The notes: generated from the sequence alone by a model not told the origin. 64,000 nucleotides of DNA from Acidobacteriota bacterium (GCA_040755995.1 JBFMAF010000040.1:93556-157555), one strand, 5' to 3'; shown: positions 38,063-48,407, counted from the first letter of the stretch. A program made the numbers and translations.

Positions 38063-40513
38063 CTACTGATACGTGAAGCTGCCCACGGTGGTGCTGGTCA
38101 CACTGCTGGTCACCTTTACATCGACCGTGCCGGTGCCCGGTGGGCTGTCGCACGTGATGACGTTGGGTTGCGTGAAACGGATGTTGCTGGCAACCGCAGA
38201 TCCGAAGAGTACATTGAACTGCGTGCCGGAGGTCCCGGACGGCGCGAGGATCGTGACGCGCGTGCCGCCCGTGGGCGGCCCGGAGGTCGGCTCGACGTTG
38301 CCGGAGGAGGGCAGGAGAATGAATTCGAACGGGTTGCTCTTCTTGCCGAGCACGGTGACGATCAGGGCTCCGGTCTTCGCGCCGCTTGGCACCGCAACGC
38401 GAATGCTCGTGTCCGACCAGAACTGTGCCGTACCTGCACCTACTGTGCCGAACTGAACTGTGCTGTCGCTCTGGTACTGCCCGAACGATTGACCATTGAT
38501 GGTGATCGTATCCCCGATTCTGGCAGCCGGTGGAGCGAGCTGTTCGATCACCGGGCCGCCGTGGGTGGCCTTACGCGAGTAGGAATAAACGCCGCAATCC
38601 GTTGCGGCCACGAGTGTTTCCGGAAGATCCGGATCAATCAGAACGTCATGCATGTGGAATGATGCAAGGCCGGTGGAATCGAAGCTGGTCCATGTCGCCG
38701 CAGCGTCTGTGGAGACGTAGACACTGCCCCGCTTGCCGCAACCGAACACAGTCCTAGGATCGGCTGGGTGGAACTCGATTCCACCTGTGATCTGCGAATT
38801 GCTGCTGCTCCAGGTGCGGCCCCCATCGGTGCTTCGAAACAGGCCGGCACTATCGTTAGTGTAATAGATGATGTTCGAGCTCCGCGGGTCGAAGGTGATG
38901 TCCGGTTTCCTCCATGGTTGTGGCGTGTGAGATATGTTGCATTCCTTCCATGTCTGACCGGCGTTCTCGGTGCGGAATACCCGGGCAGACATTGTTGCGA
39001 CAATCAGCTTGTGGCTGTGCCGAGGGTCGATGGCGATGCTGACCACCCCCTTGTCCGCGAGGCCCTTGTTGCAGAGATTCCATTTCTTTCCTCGGTCCGT
39101 CGTTTTCGCGACCCCGATGGGATTGGAGCTGCAGCCTTCAAGGAGAGCCAGGTACATCGTGTCGCCGTCCCTCGGATCAATCGCGCAGGCGACGGAGCGC
39201 GAGTCCTCATGTACGGACTTGACTTCCCATGATCGACCTCCATCGGTGGTGTATGCCATGGACATTCCTCCGCACCCGGTCTCCCCGGCCACAAGAATCG
39301 ATGTGCCATTCGACGGATCGACGCACAGGTCCTCTGGCCAGAAGTCTCCGGTGGGCAATCGTTGCCAATTCCCCCCTCGTATCGGTCTCCTGAGAACATC
39401 GGGTTCGGAAACGGCGAAGAGATGTCCGCCTCCCGAGTCAATCCGCTCAATTGCCCGTCCGTAGAGCTCCCGGTTGACCTCAACCCAAGATTTCCCGCCG
39501 TTCTTAGAACGCCACATGCCCGAGCCAGCCGCGCAGAAAAACACCAAGTCAGCCTGCGTCGGATGAGCACCCACGGACATGGTGGGGACAATGGCGTCGA
39601 TCGGCTTGTCGAGCTTGACCCAGGTGGCTCCGGCGTCGGTGCTCTTGTTGAGACCCCCGCCGACGCTGTAGATAGTCCGGCTGTCCACGGCATCGATCCC
39701 GATCGAGATGATATCCGAATCGCTGTAAACGTTGCTCCAGGACGCTCCGGCGTCGGTGGTCTTGAACACGCCATTCGCCGCGCCCGCATAGAGGGTGCGA
39801 GGGTTGTTATGGTCGATCCGCAGGCACCACTCGGACTCGACCCCCGATCCGCCGCCGAGTGTGAGACCCTTGCTCGCCTTCTGCCACGACTCGCCGCCGT
39901 CGGTGCTACGGTAGGCCGCGCGGCACGGGAGCAACACGTAAAGCTTATTGCCGTTCTTGGGATCGACCTCGATCTGAGGCTTGCAGCGATGCACCGGGTC
40001 GAACGGTTTCAGGTTGAGCCCGGAGTTCTTCTTCTGCCACGTGATTCCGCCGTCGACGGACTTGAAGACGCCGTTGTCGTATGTCACCCCATACATGACC
40101 TTGGGGTTTGAGGGATGGAGTTCGAAGTCATAGAACTCATCGCGCCAGTCTTCCCACGGAAAGGGATTCGTCACTCTCCATGACGATCCGAGATCATCAC
40201 TCCAGTAGATACGGCAGCCCGCTGTGATCACCGAGTTGGGACTCCCCGGAGGCATCCTCAATACGTGCCAGTCGGCTGCGCCGAAGAGAGGGAGGCGTTT
40301 CCACGAGCCGCCCAGATTGTCCGTCCTGAAGATCCTCCATCCGTCCGTAACGAAAAGCGTCCCCTCGAGCGTAGGGTGGAATGCCATCTCGGGATAAGTG
40401 CCGCCGGTCGGACCGTCCGATGTCCAGACGTTGTTGCCTGCACGCGACGATGCCGAGGCCAACAGCACCGGCAGCGCCACGATTACTACAGACGTAGTGC
40501 ATCTTCTTCTCAC
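38063..40513 (-). CDS. Secreted BNR/Asp-box (VPS10-like) propeller protein with two IPT/TIG domains
   Basis: GGAGG RBS with GTG 40513; signal peptide; many S/TxDxGxTW motifs; PVIEQLAP and VEPTSGPPTGGT. Confidence 0.88.
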   Translation of the reverse strand: MRRRCTTSVVIVALPVLLASASSRAGNNVWTSDGPTGGTYPEMAFHPTLEGTLFVTDGWRIFRTDNLGGSWKRLPLFGAADWHVLRMPPGSPNSVITAGCRIYWSDDLGSSWRVTNPFPWEDWRDEFYDFELHPSNPKVMYGVTYDNGVFKSVDGGITWQKKNSGLNLKPFDPVHRCKPQIEVDPKNGNKLYVLLPCRAAYRSTDGGESWQKASKGLTLGGGSGVESEWCLRIDHNNPRTLYAGAANGVFKTTDAGASWSNVYSDSDIISIGIDAVDSRTIYSVGGGLNKSTDAGATWVKLDKPIDAIVPTMSVGAHPTQADLVFFCAAGSGMWRSKNGGKSWVEVNRELYGRAIERIDSGGGHLFAVSEPDVLRRPIRGGNWQRLPTGDFWPEDLCVDPSNGTSILVAGETGCGGMSMAYTTDGGRSWEVKSVHEDSRSVACAIDPRDGDTMYLALLEGCSSNPIGVAKTTDRGKKWNLCNKGLADKGVVSIAIDPRHSHKLIVATMSARVFRTENAGQTWKECNISHTPQPWRKPDITFDPRSSNIIYYTNDSAGLFRSTDGGRTWSSSNSQITGGIEFHPADPRTVFGCGKRGSVYVSTDAAATWTSFDSTGLASFHMHDVLIDPDLPETLVAATDCGVYSYSRKATHGGPVIEQLAPPAARIGDTITINGQSFGQYQSDSTVQFGTVGAGTAQFWSDTSIRVAVPSGAKTGALIVTVLGKKSNPFEFILLPSSGNVEPTSGPPTGGTRVTILAPSGTSGTQFNVLFGSAVASNIRFTQPNVITCDSPPGTGTVDVKVTSSVTSTTVGSFTYQ

Positions 40514-40585
40514 CACGAACCTCCAACCGCAGGATACATGCGAGCACGGTGCCCGCGCCCGGCCATCGGGAATTCTACTGCCCTG

Positions 40586-40614
40586 ATTGTCCACCGGCGC
40601 GGGTCTGGTGTCAA
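40586..40614 (-). promoter_or_regulatory. Sigma70-type promoter for the BNR gene
   Basis: Minus strand TTGACA-17 nt-GACAAT. Confidence 0.6.
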
Positions 40615-40745
40615 TGCCCGAGCCGGGCGGGGGCGGCCGGGCGGGAGTCGGCCTGTCAGTGACCGAGTGGATCGAACGGGCGCTCTACACCGCTCTCCAT
40701 CGGGAGTCGGCGCCCCTCCGGCGCGCGTCACAAGGGGAGGTAGAG

Positions 40746-40901
40746 GTGCTGAAGTATCGCTTGTATATTCTCCTACTTGCAGTAGGGGCGTCGGCTTGTG
40801 CGAGCACTCTTCGTGCTCAGACTCCGAAGGAGGAGATCATACGAAGAGTGCAGCCCGTGCTCGCATCGGCTCAATCGCCTGCGCGCGCCCGTGCTGCTTG
40901 A
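40746..40901 (+). CDS. Possible small lipoprotein or truncated gene
   Basis: GGAGG RBS; VLKYRLYILLLAVGASAC signal with Cys; 51 aa. Confidence 0.35.
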   Translation: MLKYRLYILLLAVGASACASTLRAQTPKEEIIRRVQPVLASAQSPARARAA

Positions 40902-40926
40902 CACTCTACCGGCACGCCGGTAGAGT
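40898..40926 (+). promoter_or_regulatory. Sigma70 promoter containing a perfect 11-2-11 palindrome
   Basis: TTGACA-17-TAGAGT; ACTCTACCGGC-AC-GCCGGTAGAGT at 40903-40926. Confidence 0.7.
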
Positions 40927-40953
40927 TCTTCCGTATCGTCCAGGAGGGTTCCC

Positions 40954-41874
40954 ATGCCGAGATTCCGCCGCCTTCTCCCTGTTCTCCCCATTCTCGCTCT
41001 GATCCTCACGGATTGCGCGCCGGGCATGCGCATCTCGCGATTCCGGCCGGCCAGATACAACCTCGGAGCCACTCGGAAGCTGGCTCTGCTGAACGTGCGG
41101 GGGCCGGCCGAGGCCACCGGCGTCGTTGCCGCCGAGCTCGCTGAGCAGATCGTGAGCAAAGGAGTCTTCGAGCTGTACAGCCGCGTGCCACAGTCGGTCG
41201 AGATCGTGATCATACCTGGCAGGGACGTAGTACAGAACATCGAACGAGTGCGAGACCTTGTCCCGACCGAGGCCTACATCGCCGCAGACGTGGCGCGCTG
41301 GGAGTACACCGAGCGCGAGATTGAAGAGAAGGTGAAGGAGAACGATCAGGAGGTCAAGAAGAAGTTCCGCGTGCCGCACGCCGGCGTCGCAGTGAACTTC
41401 CAGGTGATAGAGGCCACCTCCGGCCGGCTCGTTGTCCTGCGCGAGTACACTGCCGGCCAGGATGGGCAGAAGTTCGAGCCCGGCAAGCCGGGTCCGAAAC
41501 AGGCGGACCTCCTGAGGAGCGCCTGTTCGGATGTCGTTGGCTCATTCCTGTACGACATAACCCCGAGGTGGGTAACGGAGAAGATCGTTCTCGACGAAGT
41601 GGATCCGGCACTCAAGGACGGGGTCGAGCTCTGTAAGCGCGGCATGCTCGATGAGGCGGCCTCGTCATTCCGGAACGTGTTGCAGACCTATCCCGGCTCG
41701 TCTGGAGCCACATACAACCTCGGAGTCCTGGCCGAGGTCTCGGGCGATCACGCGCTGGCCGAGGAGTACTATCGCAAGGCCATCGACATCGACCCGAAAC
41801 CGCTCTACCAGAAGGCCCTCCAGAACCTCCAACGGCGCGTCGCCGAAGAAGAGGCGCTCAAAGAGCGGCTGTAG
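40954..41874 (+). CDS. TPR-containing lipoprotein
   Basis: GGAGG RBS; LILTDC lipobox; ATYNLGVLAE...AEEYYRKAI. Confidence 0.8.
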   Translation: MPRFRRLLPVLPILALILTDCAPGMRISRFRPARYNLGATRKLALLNVRGPAEATGVVAAELAEQIVSKGVFELYSRVPQSVEIVIIPGRDVVQNIERVRDLVPTEAYIAADVARWEYTEREIEEKVKENDQEVKKKFRVPHAGVAVNFQVIEATSGRLVVLREYTAGQDGQKFEPGKPGPKQADLLRSACSDVVGSFLYDITPRWVTEKIVLDEVDPALKDGVELCKRGMLDEAASSFRNVLQTYPGSSGATYNLGVLAEVSGDHALAEEYYRKAIDIDPKPLYQKALQNLQRRVAEEEALKERL

Positions 41875-41993
41875 GCGCGCCAGGGGCAACAATCGGCGAA
41901 ATACAGGGATCCGTCGATGGCACCGAGGCGGTTCCGGTCAGCCGCGGAATCATGCGGTAGGGGCATCTCGATCGTGAACGGCCCAGCTGCCTG

Positions 41994-42902
41994 GTGAAAC
42001 GCATGACGTCTGTCGCCGGGGGTGTCGTCGCCCAACGCGTGTCGTACGAGATCGGTGGAAACCGGTTGCTGTCTTCGGTGTCGCTGCGCGTCGAGTCCGG
42101 TCGAGTCTGCGCCATCGTGGGACCATCAGGGGCCGGCAAGAGCACCTTGCTCAAGGTGATGTGCGGCATAAGGCGGCCGTCTCAAGGGCGCGTCACCATC
42201 GCAGGACGGGAGCTCCTCAAGAGCACTCGCGTGCACGACCTGATCGGATACGTGCCCCAGGACGACATCGTGCACACGACGCTGCGGGTCGAGGATGTGT
42301 TCAGGTACTCGGCCGAGCTGCGTCTTGGACATCTCTCGCCGGAAGAGCGCCTGCGCCGCATCGACACGGTGCTGGCTCTGGTCGGCCTTGCCGACAGGCG
42401 CAACCTGCGGGTGCGTCGTCTCTCGGGAGGCCAGCGGAAGCGAGTGTCGATCGGCGTCGAGCTCATCACCGAGCCGCCGGTGATGTTCCTCGACGAGCCC
42501 ACCAGCGGCCTCGACCCGGCCCTCGAACGCCAGCTGATGCAGACCATGGGAACGCTCGCGAAAAGCGGCAAGACCGTCGTTCTGACCACTCACATCATGG
42601 AGAGCATGGACGATGTCGACATCCTGGCAGTCGTGTGCGGTGGCTATCTGGCATTCGCCGGGCCTCGCGCCGCGGCGCTGGATTTTTTCCGCGTAGGCGA
42701 GCTGCGCGCCCTCTTCACGACTCTGTCGAAGTTGCCCGCGAGCACGTGGAGCGATCGGTTCGAGCGGATTCGACCGCAGCTGCCCGAGCCCGGACCACGC
42801 CTGCCGCCGGCGGTGGAGGGGAGACGGGAGGAAGCGGTGCCTGAGTCAGACGTAGATCGGCAGCTCAGCCAGCTCAGGCGGAAGACGGGTCAAGACACGT
42901 GA
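41994..42902 (+). CDS. ABC transporter ATP-binding protein (ABCG-like)
   Basis: GPSGAGKST, GYVPQDD, LSGGQRKR, FLDEPTSGLD. Confidence 0.95.
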   Translation: MKRMTSVAGGVVAQRVSYEIGGNRLLSSVSLRVESGRVCAIVGPSGAGKSTLLKVMCGIRRPSQGRVTIAGRELLKSTRVHDLIGYVPQDDIVHTTLRVEDVFRYSAELRLGHLSPEERLRRIDTVLALVGLADRRNLRVRRLSGGQRKRVSIGVELITEPPVMFLDEPTSGLDPALERQLMQTMGTLAKSGKTVVLTTHIMESMDDVDILAVVCGGYLAFAGPRAAALDFFRVGELRALFTTLSKLPASTWSDRFERIRPQLPEPGPRLPPAVEGRREEAVPESDVDRQLSQLRRKTGQDT

Positions 42903-43666
42903 AGCCGCAACAACTCGCTCCGTCGCTGCCGCCATGGCGGCAGCAGGCCTCGATATTGGCCGATCGGTACCTCGCTGTGATGCTAGGCGACTTCCCGACC
43001 CTCCTGCTCCTGATCGCGCAGGCCCCGGTGATCGCCTTCCTCTGCGCGATCGTCTGGGGCGATATCGAACAGGACACCAAGAGCCTCTACTTCGTGCTCT
43101 CGCTCACGGCCGTGTGGTTCGGCTGCATCAACGCGTGCCGCGAGATCGTGAAAGAGCGGTCGATCTTCGAGCGCGAGAGGCTCTTCGGGCTCTCCCCGCC
43201 GGCATACGTCATTTCGAAAGCGCGCGTGCTTGCAGCGCTGAACGTCGTGCAGGTGGCGTTGCTGCTCGGGATCGTCGAGTGGAAGGTGGGGCTCAAGGGG
43301 AGCCTGTGGCTGCAGGCGGCCGCGCTGGTGCTCTGTGCGACGGCCGGGACCGGCCTGGGGTTGCTCATCAGCGCGCTTTCGCGCCGCCAGGAACGCGCCG
43401 TCGCCGCTGTGCCTCTGCTCATCCTGCCGCAGATCCTGTTCAGCGAGTTCGCCATTCCGCGTGAGCACTTCGGGAAGTTGACGGCGGCAGTCGAGAACGT
43501 CATGATCGTGCGGTGGTGCTACCGCGTATTCGTGGAGGCGGCCGAAACGGAGCCGGGATACCTGATGATCATCCTTTCGCTCACTATACTGGTGCTCATG
43601 GCTGTGGCGCTGCACGCGCTCTCGACCGCGGCGCTCGCGGTCTCGAGCGGCGAGGATTTCCTGTGA
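42899..43666 (+). CDS. ABC-2 type permease
   Basis: About 6 TM; REIVKERSIFERER; LILPQILFS. Confidence 0.9.
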   Translation: MKPQQLAPSLPPWRQQASILADRYLAVMLGDFPTLLLLIAQAPVIAFLCAIVWGDIEQDTKSLYFVLSLTAVWFGCINACREIVKERSIFERERLFGLSPPAYVISKARVLAALNVVQVALLLGIVEWKVGLKGSLWLQAAALVLCATAGTGLGLLISALSRRQERAVAAVPLLILPQILFSEFAIPREHFGKLTAAVENVMIVRWCYRVFVEAAETEPGYLMIILSLTILVLMAVALHALSTAALAVSSGEDFL

Positions 43667-43709
43667 TGGACCAGCCGGCGCCTGAGTGCCCTGGGAGAGG
43701 TAGACGATC

Positions 43710-45314
43710 ATGCGGATTGCACGAGGGCCTGCAAGTCTCATTGCGATATCAGCCATGTCGGTGATCGCCGCCGCCGGGGCGATCGCCGGCCCGTCGCTCG
43801 ACGGCGCCTGGGTCGGCGGGCTTGAGCTGGGCGGCCGGTGGTCGCTGGCGGCGGCCGAGTTCAAGACGGAAGCGGACGAGGTGAAAGGAGTCCTGCGACT
43901 GCCGTTCGACAACGCAGGGGGACTGGTGGGCGAGGTGGCGAGCGAAGAGCCGGCTCTCCGCTTCGAGGTTGCGCTGGGCGCCGCGAAACTGAGCTTCGAA
44001 GGACGTGCGGATGCAGCGGTCATCCGGGGGACCATCCGGCGGTCCGATGAATCAGGCAGCCTTGTGCTCCACCGCCAGCTCGAGCCTGCGCTGCTCGATC
44101 CGTGCACGGGGCTCTACCAGTCCGGGGACCGTTTGCTCTGGATCCAGCGCTGGGGGGAGGCGGGCGACCTGCTGGTCTGCGTCGATGAAGCGGGTTCGAT
44201 CCGCGCCCTCTTCCCGTCCGGTATTACTACATTTGTAGTAGGACCTGCGTTCCTCCGATGCGTCCCCGAGACGGCGACGATACAGTTCGTCCGCACCAAC
44301 GAAGGCCGGGTCGCCGGACTGCGAGTGCTCTCAGAGGGAAAGCCCGAAGAGTCGTACGATCGCGTCGACCTCTATGCACAGGAGGAGATCGCATTCCGCA
44401 ACGGCGAGGTGCCGCTCGCCGGGACGCTGTTCACTCCCAGAAGCAGGGGCCCACACCCGGTCCTGGTGCTAGTGCACGGATCCGGGTCACAGGACCGCCT
44501 TTCCGGCCTGGTGTTCGTCTCCGCGCTGCTGCGTAAAGGCATCGCGCTCTTCTGCTACGACAAGCGCGGTGTCGGCAAGTCCGGCGGAAATTGGCTGCAG
44601 GCGGGCTTCGAGGACTTGGCGGGGGACGCCGCGGCCGCTGCCGCGCTTCTCAAGAAGCGCCCGGATATCAACCCCGAGCAGATCGGCGTCTGGGGAATCA
44701 GCCAGGGCGGGTGGATCGCGCCGCTTGCCGCATCCCTGTCGAGCGATTTCTCGTTCGTGGTCATCGTCGCCGGCCCGGCGGTCACGCCGGAACAGCAGGA
44801 GCTGATTCGCGTCGAGGGCGAGATGCGTGCCGGCGGCTTCTCTGAGGAGGACGTCCGGGAGTCGCTCGATCTCTACGAGCTGATGAATCGATATGTGCGT
44901 ACCGGCGAGGGTTGGGACGATTTCATTGCCGCTCGGGAAGAGGCCACGAAGAAGCCGTGGGGCCCGCCGCCGGGTTCGATACGGAGCGAAGACGACCCCT
45001 ACTTCGCGTTCTGGAAGCTGATCATGCGGTACGACCCGGTGCCCGTGCTCGAGAAGATCCGCTGTCCATTCCTGGCCATGTTCGGCGAGCTGGACACCAA
45101 TGTCCAGCCGCGCGTCAACAGGCCGATCATGGAGGCTGCGTTGAAGCGGGCGGGCAATCGCGACTACACCATCCTGGTGTTCCCGACGGCAAACCACGTG
45201 CTCTTCGAGGCCGAGAGCGGCAGGATGAGCGACTTCGTGGAGGCACGCAGGTTCGTGCCGGAATACCTGAGCACGCTGACCGAGTGGCTCCAGAAACGCG
45301 TCCGGCTGCCGTGA
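43710..45314 (+). CDS. Secreted alpha/beta hydrolase (S9/S15-like)
   Basis: Signal peptide; VHGSG, YDKRGVG, GISQGG nucleophile, GELD, ANH. Confidence 0.88.
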   Translation: MRIARGPASLIAISAMSVIAAAGAIAGPSLDGAWVGGLELGGRWSLAAAEFKTEADEVKGVLRLPFDNAGGLVGEVASEEPALRFEVALGAAKLSFEGRADAAVIRGTIRRSDESGSLVLHRQLEPALLDPCTGLYQSGDRLLWIQRWGEAGDLLVCVDEAGSIRALFPSGITTFVVGPAFLRCVPETATIQFVRTNEGRVAGLRVLSEGKPEESYDRVDLYAQEEIAFRNGEVPLAGTLFTPRSRGPHPVLVLVHGSGSQDRLSGLVFVSALLRKGIALFCYDKRGVGKSGGNWLQAGFEDLAGDAAAAAALLKKRPDINPEQIGVWGISQGGWIAPLAASLSSDFSFVVIVAGPAVTPEQQELIRVEGEMRAGGFSEEDVRESLDLYELMNRYVRTGEGWDDFIAAREEATKKPWGPPPGSIRSEDDPYFAFWKLIMRYDPVPVLEKIRCPFLAMFGELDTNVQPRVNRPIMEAALKRAGNRDYTILVFPTANHVLFEAESGRMSDFVEARRFVPEYLSTLTEWLQKRVRLP

Positions 45315-45433
45315 GGCGCTGACCCGCTTTGCGCGGCCGCTGTAATGCCTCCCCGCCACAACGGAGGAGGAAATCGGGTCGATCTGTCGGAATTCCCTGT
45401 GACAAGCCGGCCTTCAGGAGGTAAGATGGCACC

Positions 45434-45916
45434 ATGCGCCGCGTGACAATCGTCCTCGGGATCGTAGTGGTCGCAGGTGTGATCGCGTTTGTCATCATCA
45501 GCAATCCAGGGTTGCTGGATCAGATCGGTATCGGCGGATCTGCCGGTGTTCTGCGCGGGATGACCAATTCGTTCCTCGAAGACATCCAGTTCAAGGACTT
45601 CAAGAAGGCGGCGAGCTATCACGCGCCGGAGGAGCGAGCCACGGTCGACATACCGTTTCTGCTCGAGCGCCTGTTTTTCGTGAAACCCGAGCAGCTCGAC
45701 ATCATGGGCTGGGAGATTCTCTTCTCGCGGGTGGACTCCACAGGTCTGCGCGGGCGGGTCAAGTCGCGCGTCAAGGTGAAGGATCTGCTGAGAAACCAGC
45801 TGCACGAGCGTGAGCTCGTGCTGTACTACTACCGCAACAGCAGGAACGACCCGTGGCGCATGAGGCTCGAGACGAGCCTGCGCGAGCTGGAAGCGGAAAA
45901 GGACAAGAAGCACTGA
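45434..45916 (+). CDS. Membrane-anchored hypothetical protein
   Basis: AGGAGGT RBS; N-terminal TM helix. Confidence 0.75.
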   Translation: MRRVTIVLGIVVVAGVIAFVIISNPGLLDQIGIGGSAGVLRGMTNSFLEDIQFKDFKKAASYHAPEERATVDIPFLLERLFFVKPEQLDIMGWEILFSRVDSTGLRGRVKSRVKVKDLLRNQLHERELVLYYYRNSRNDPWRMRLETSLRELEAEKDKKH

Positions 45917-45935
45917 GGTACAGGAAGGATCATAC

Positions 45936-46322
45936 ATGCTGCCGGCCACGCAAGTTCAGCTTGCCACCGTCTTCCAGCATCTGAAATCCATCCTCTCGAA
46001 ATACAGCCCGCCGCTCGAAGCCAGGACGGATCTGCCATCACGCTACGAGCTCTACTCGAACCGCGAGGTGACCGTGGCGGGCCGGAAGAGGAAGGATATG
46101 TACTTCGCCGGAATCATCGTTCAGCGAGGATACGTCGGCTTCTACCTCATGCCGATTTACAGCCACTCGGAATTGAAGGCCAAGGTACCGGAAAGACTTC
46201 GAAAGCTGCTCAAGGGCAAGTCTTGTTTCCACATCAGCGAGGCTGACCCTTCAGTGATGCGGCAAGTGGCAACACTCACCAAGAAGGGATTCGAGCTGTA
46301 CCAGAACTTCGGGTGGATCTGA
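45936..46322 (+). CDS. DUF1801/YdhG-like protein
   Basis: YFAGIIVQRGYVGFYLMPIY...LKGKSCFH. Confidence 0.75.
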   Translation: MLPATQVQLATVFQHLKSILSKYSPPLEARTDLPSRYELYSNREVTVAGRKRKDMYFAGIIVQRGYVGFYLMPIYSHSELKAKVPERLRKLLKGKSCFHISEADPSVMRQVATLTKKGFELYQNFGWI

Positions 46323-47083
46323 TGCCGAAACAAGTCGCGAACGATGAGCGATCTGTGTACGAGACGCTGCTCTGGAAGTGGCTGGCGGACCGACTGGGGT
46401 GCGGCGCCGCGCAAGAGGCGTGGAACATGGCTGTCGAGAGGGCGAGGACCGCATGTCCCGAGGTGCCTGAAGAGATGCTGAAGGCATCCATTCACTCGCC
46501 TGCAGTCCTGCGCCACGTGGTGAACTCGTTTCGGCCCGGCAAGAGCATGCCGGCCCCCGATGACTTCGCGGTGTCTATTGCATTCGAGTGCCTCGATCTG
46601 AATCTCGAGACCGAACCGGTGCTGGTGAGGAAGCTCGCCAACAATCTGCACGTCGAGTGGTTGAGCCTGCTGGCCTCGCAGCCCAGCCTCAGGACTTATC
46701 TGGCGGAGACAGCAGGATCGCTGCCGGGAGACGCCCTCCGCCAGCCCTCATGCTGCGATCCATCGCTGGATTCGATCCTAAACTCGCCCGACGAGCTCCG
46801 CCGCGTTTACTTCGAAGGTTACGCTGTTCAATATGGCACAGACGCCGTCCGCGTTGAACACCCGGACTTCAGTGACGACCTGGTGGTCCGCTTGCGGTCG
46901 GCGCACAAGGCCGATCTGGGTTTCTACCGGAGAGAATACGACTACTCTCTGGAGTCGGATGCCGGCCATGACCCGCTGCGCGCAGTGTATCTCAGCGACA
47001 GCTTCGGGGACCTTTGCGAGCTTGCATTCTTCGGCGACACACCCCACGGCATGCCTGCAACTGCGTTGCTCTGGAGCAGATGA
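46322..47083 (+). CDS. Hypothetical protein
   Basis: ATG overlaps the previous stop; 253 aa; no motif recognised. Confidence 0.6.
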   Translation: MPKQVANDERSVYETLLWKWLADRLGCGAAQEAWNMAVERARTACPEVPEEMLKASIHSPAVLRHVVNSFRPGKSMPAPDDFAVSIAFECLDLNLETEPVLVRKLANNLHVEWLSLLASQPSLRTYLAETAGSLPGDALRQPSCCDPSLDSILNSPDELRRVYFEGYAVQYGTDAVRVEHPDFSDDLVVRLRSAHKADLGFYRREYDYSLESDAGHDPLRAVYLSDSFGDLCELAFFGDTPHGMPATALLWSR

Positions 47084-47194
47084 GCGGGCAGCCCCCACCT
47101 GCGATCACGCTGCCGGTCTCACCCTCGCGGCATTGAGCAAGCGAGTGTGGAGCCACGGATCGGGAGCGCTCAGCCTGGGTCGGCATCGCGGCGC

Positions 47195-47635
47195 CTATCT
47201 CCGCCCGCATCTGTGCTGGATCTCGACGAGAAACGCCGAGGGCGATAGGATCGGGATGCCACGATACTTGGTGAGCGCCTGAAGATCGCCGTCTCCGCTG
47301 ATGACGAACTCCGCGTGACCCGCGGCGGCGGTCCATAGATACATCGCGTCATCGCGATCACGGCAATCAGCCTGGATTGCCACATCCTCTGTAACAACCT
47401 CCGCGACCAGCTCGAAGTCGTCGAACCAAGATTGCGGGTCCACCCGCCTGCGCAGGTACTTCTGGACCTTCGAATAGCCGAGGGCGCGACGCACCTCCTG
47501 CACGATCGGGCGGCTCAGCAAGATCTTCAGCGGAGAGGGCTCGCTCAGGGCCATTCGGAGTATCCGGCCAGGGGCGCCCTCCGGGCGGAGCGGTCCACTC
47601 ACGAATACGTTCGCATCCACCACGACTCGGATCAT
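47195..47635 (-). CDS. PIN-domain toxin
   Basis: RVVVDANV, CRDRDD, ISGDGDL. Confidence 0.9.
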   Translation of the reverse strand: MIRVVVDANVFVSGPLRPEGAPGRILRMALSEPSPLKILLSRPIVQEVRRALGYSKVQKYLRRRVDPQSWFDDFELVAEVVTEDVAIQADCRDRDDAMYLWTAAAGHAEFVISGDGDLQALTKYRGIPILSPSAFLVEIQHRCGRR

Positions 47636-47638
47636 CCC

Positions 47639-47914
47639 CTACTTCGTCCGCTTCCTTCGTGCAAACCTCACCGCGGCCCTGGCAATGCCCTCAGCCTCCT
47701 CCTGCGTGAGGCTACCTCCGGACTGCAGATCGAGCAACTCTGTCGCGTGGCGGCGGGCGTATCGTTCAATCTGCTCCAGCTTGGTGACCGGCACGAGGGC
47801 GGCCATCGGACGACCCTTGCGCTCGATTATGAACTCATCACGCAACAGATCAACGCGGTTGAGCACGTCGCCGAGCCGCGCGCGGATCTCCAGTGTCGAC
47901 ACAGACCCTCTCAT
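47639..47914 (-). CDS. Phd/YefM-family antitoxin
   Basis: EIRARLGDVLNRV...IIERKGRPMAALVP; GAAGGAG RBS. Confidence 0.9.
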   Translation of the reverse strand: MRGSVSTLEIRARLGDVLNRVDLLRDEFIIERKGRPMAALVPVTKLEQIERYARRHATELLDLQSGGSLTQEEAEGIARAAVRFARRKRTK

Positions 47915-47940
47915 ATGTTATATCTCCTTCAAGTAGGGTA

Positions 47941-47969
47941 ACTATAATACTTCATCCTGATGGCGTCAA
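47941..47969 (-). promoter_or_regulatory. Sigma70 promoter of the Phd-PIN operon
   Basis: Minus strand TTGACG-17 nt-TATAGT. Confidence 0.7.
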
Positions 47970-48126
47970 GGGTGGGGTGAGAGCGTTGCAAGCCACTGAC
48001 ATGGGGGACGAAGGCCGAAAGCGGGTGGGTACGCCTCGCCAGGGGTCCCGCGCGGCCGGTGCGCCTTCAATCCACCGGCGGGACGCGCGGTCGCTGAAAT
48101 CTTGCTCGCAATTGCGCATGCGATTA

Positions 48127-48146
48127 TGTATACTGAATTGTAGACA
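48127..48146 (+). promoter_or_regulatory. Probable antitoxin operator overlapping the -10 (TATACT)
   Basis: TGTATAC-N6-GTAGACA inverted repeat with 1 mismatch. Confidence 0.55.
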
Positions 48147-48158
48147 AGGGAGGCACTT

Positions 48159-48407
48159 ATGCCGGCTGCAACGGTCCGTATCAGCGACGAGACAAGAAAG
48201 ACGCTCCGCAAGCTCGCGGCGCGCAAAGGGGTGTCGATGCAGGCGATGCTGGGCGAGGCAGTCGAAGAATACCGGCGCCGCAGGTTTCTCGACGAAGCCA
48301 ATGCTGCATTCGCGGCCCTTCGGGCCAATTGCAGGGCGTGGGAGGCTGAGCTGGAGGAGCGAAGGGCGTGGGACAATACGCTCGACGACGGCAAGGAGGA
48401 GAAGTGA
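48159..48407 (+). CDS. Ribbon-helix-helix antitoxin
   Basis: TVRISDETRKTLRKLAARKGVSMQ; acidic tail; overlaps the toxin start. Confidence 0.85.
   Translation: MPAATVRISDETRKTLRKLAARKGVSMQAMLGEAVEEYRRRRFLDEANAAFAALRANCRAWEAELEERRAWDNTLDDGKEEK

Noticed and set aside
47912..47930. Minus strand GAAGGAGATATAACATATG, nearly the T7/pET RBS-NdeI sequence
   Set aside because: It has an extra base and no T7 promoter or other vector sequence, and sits in a natural TA promoter; treated as coincidence
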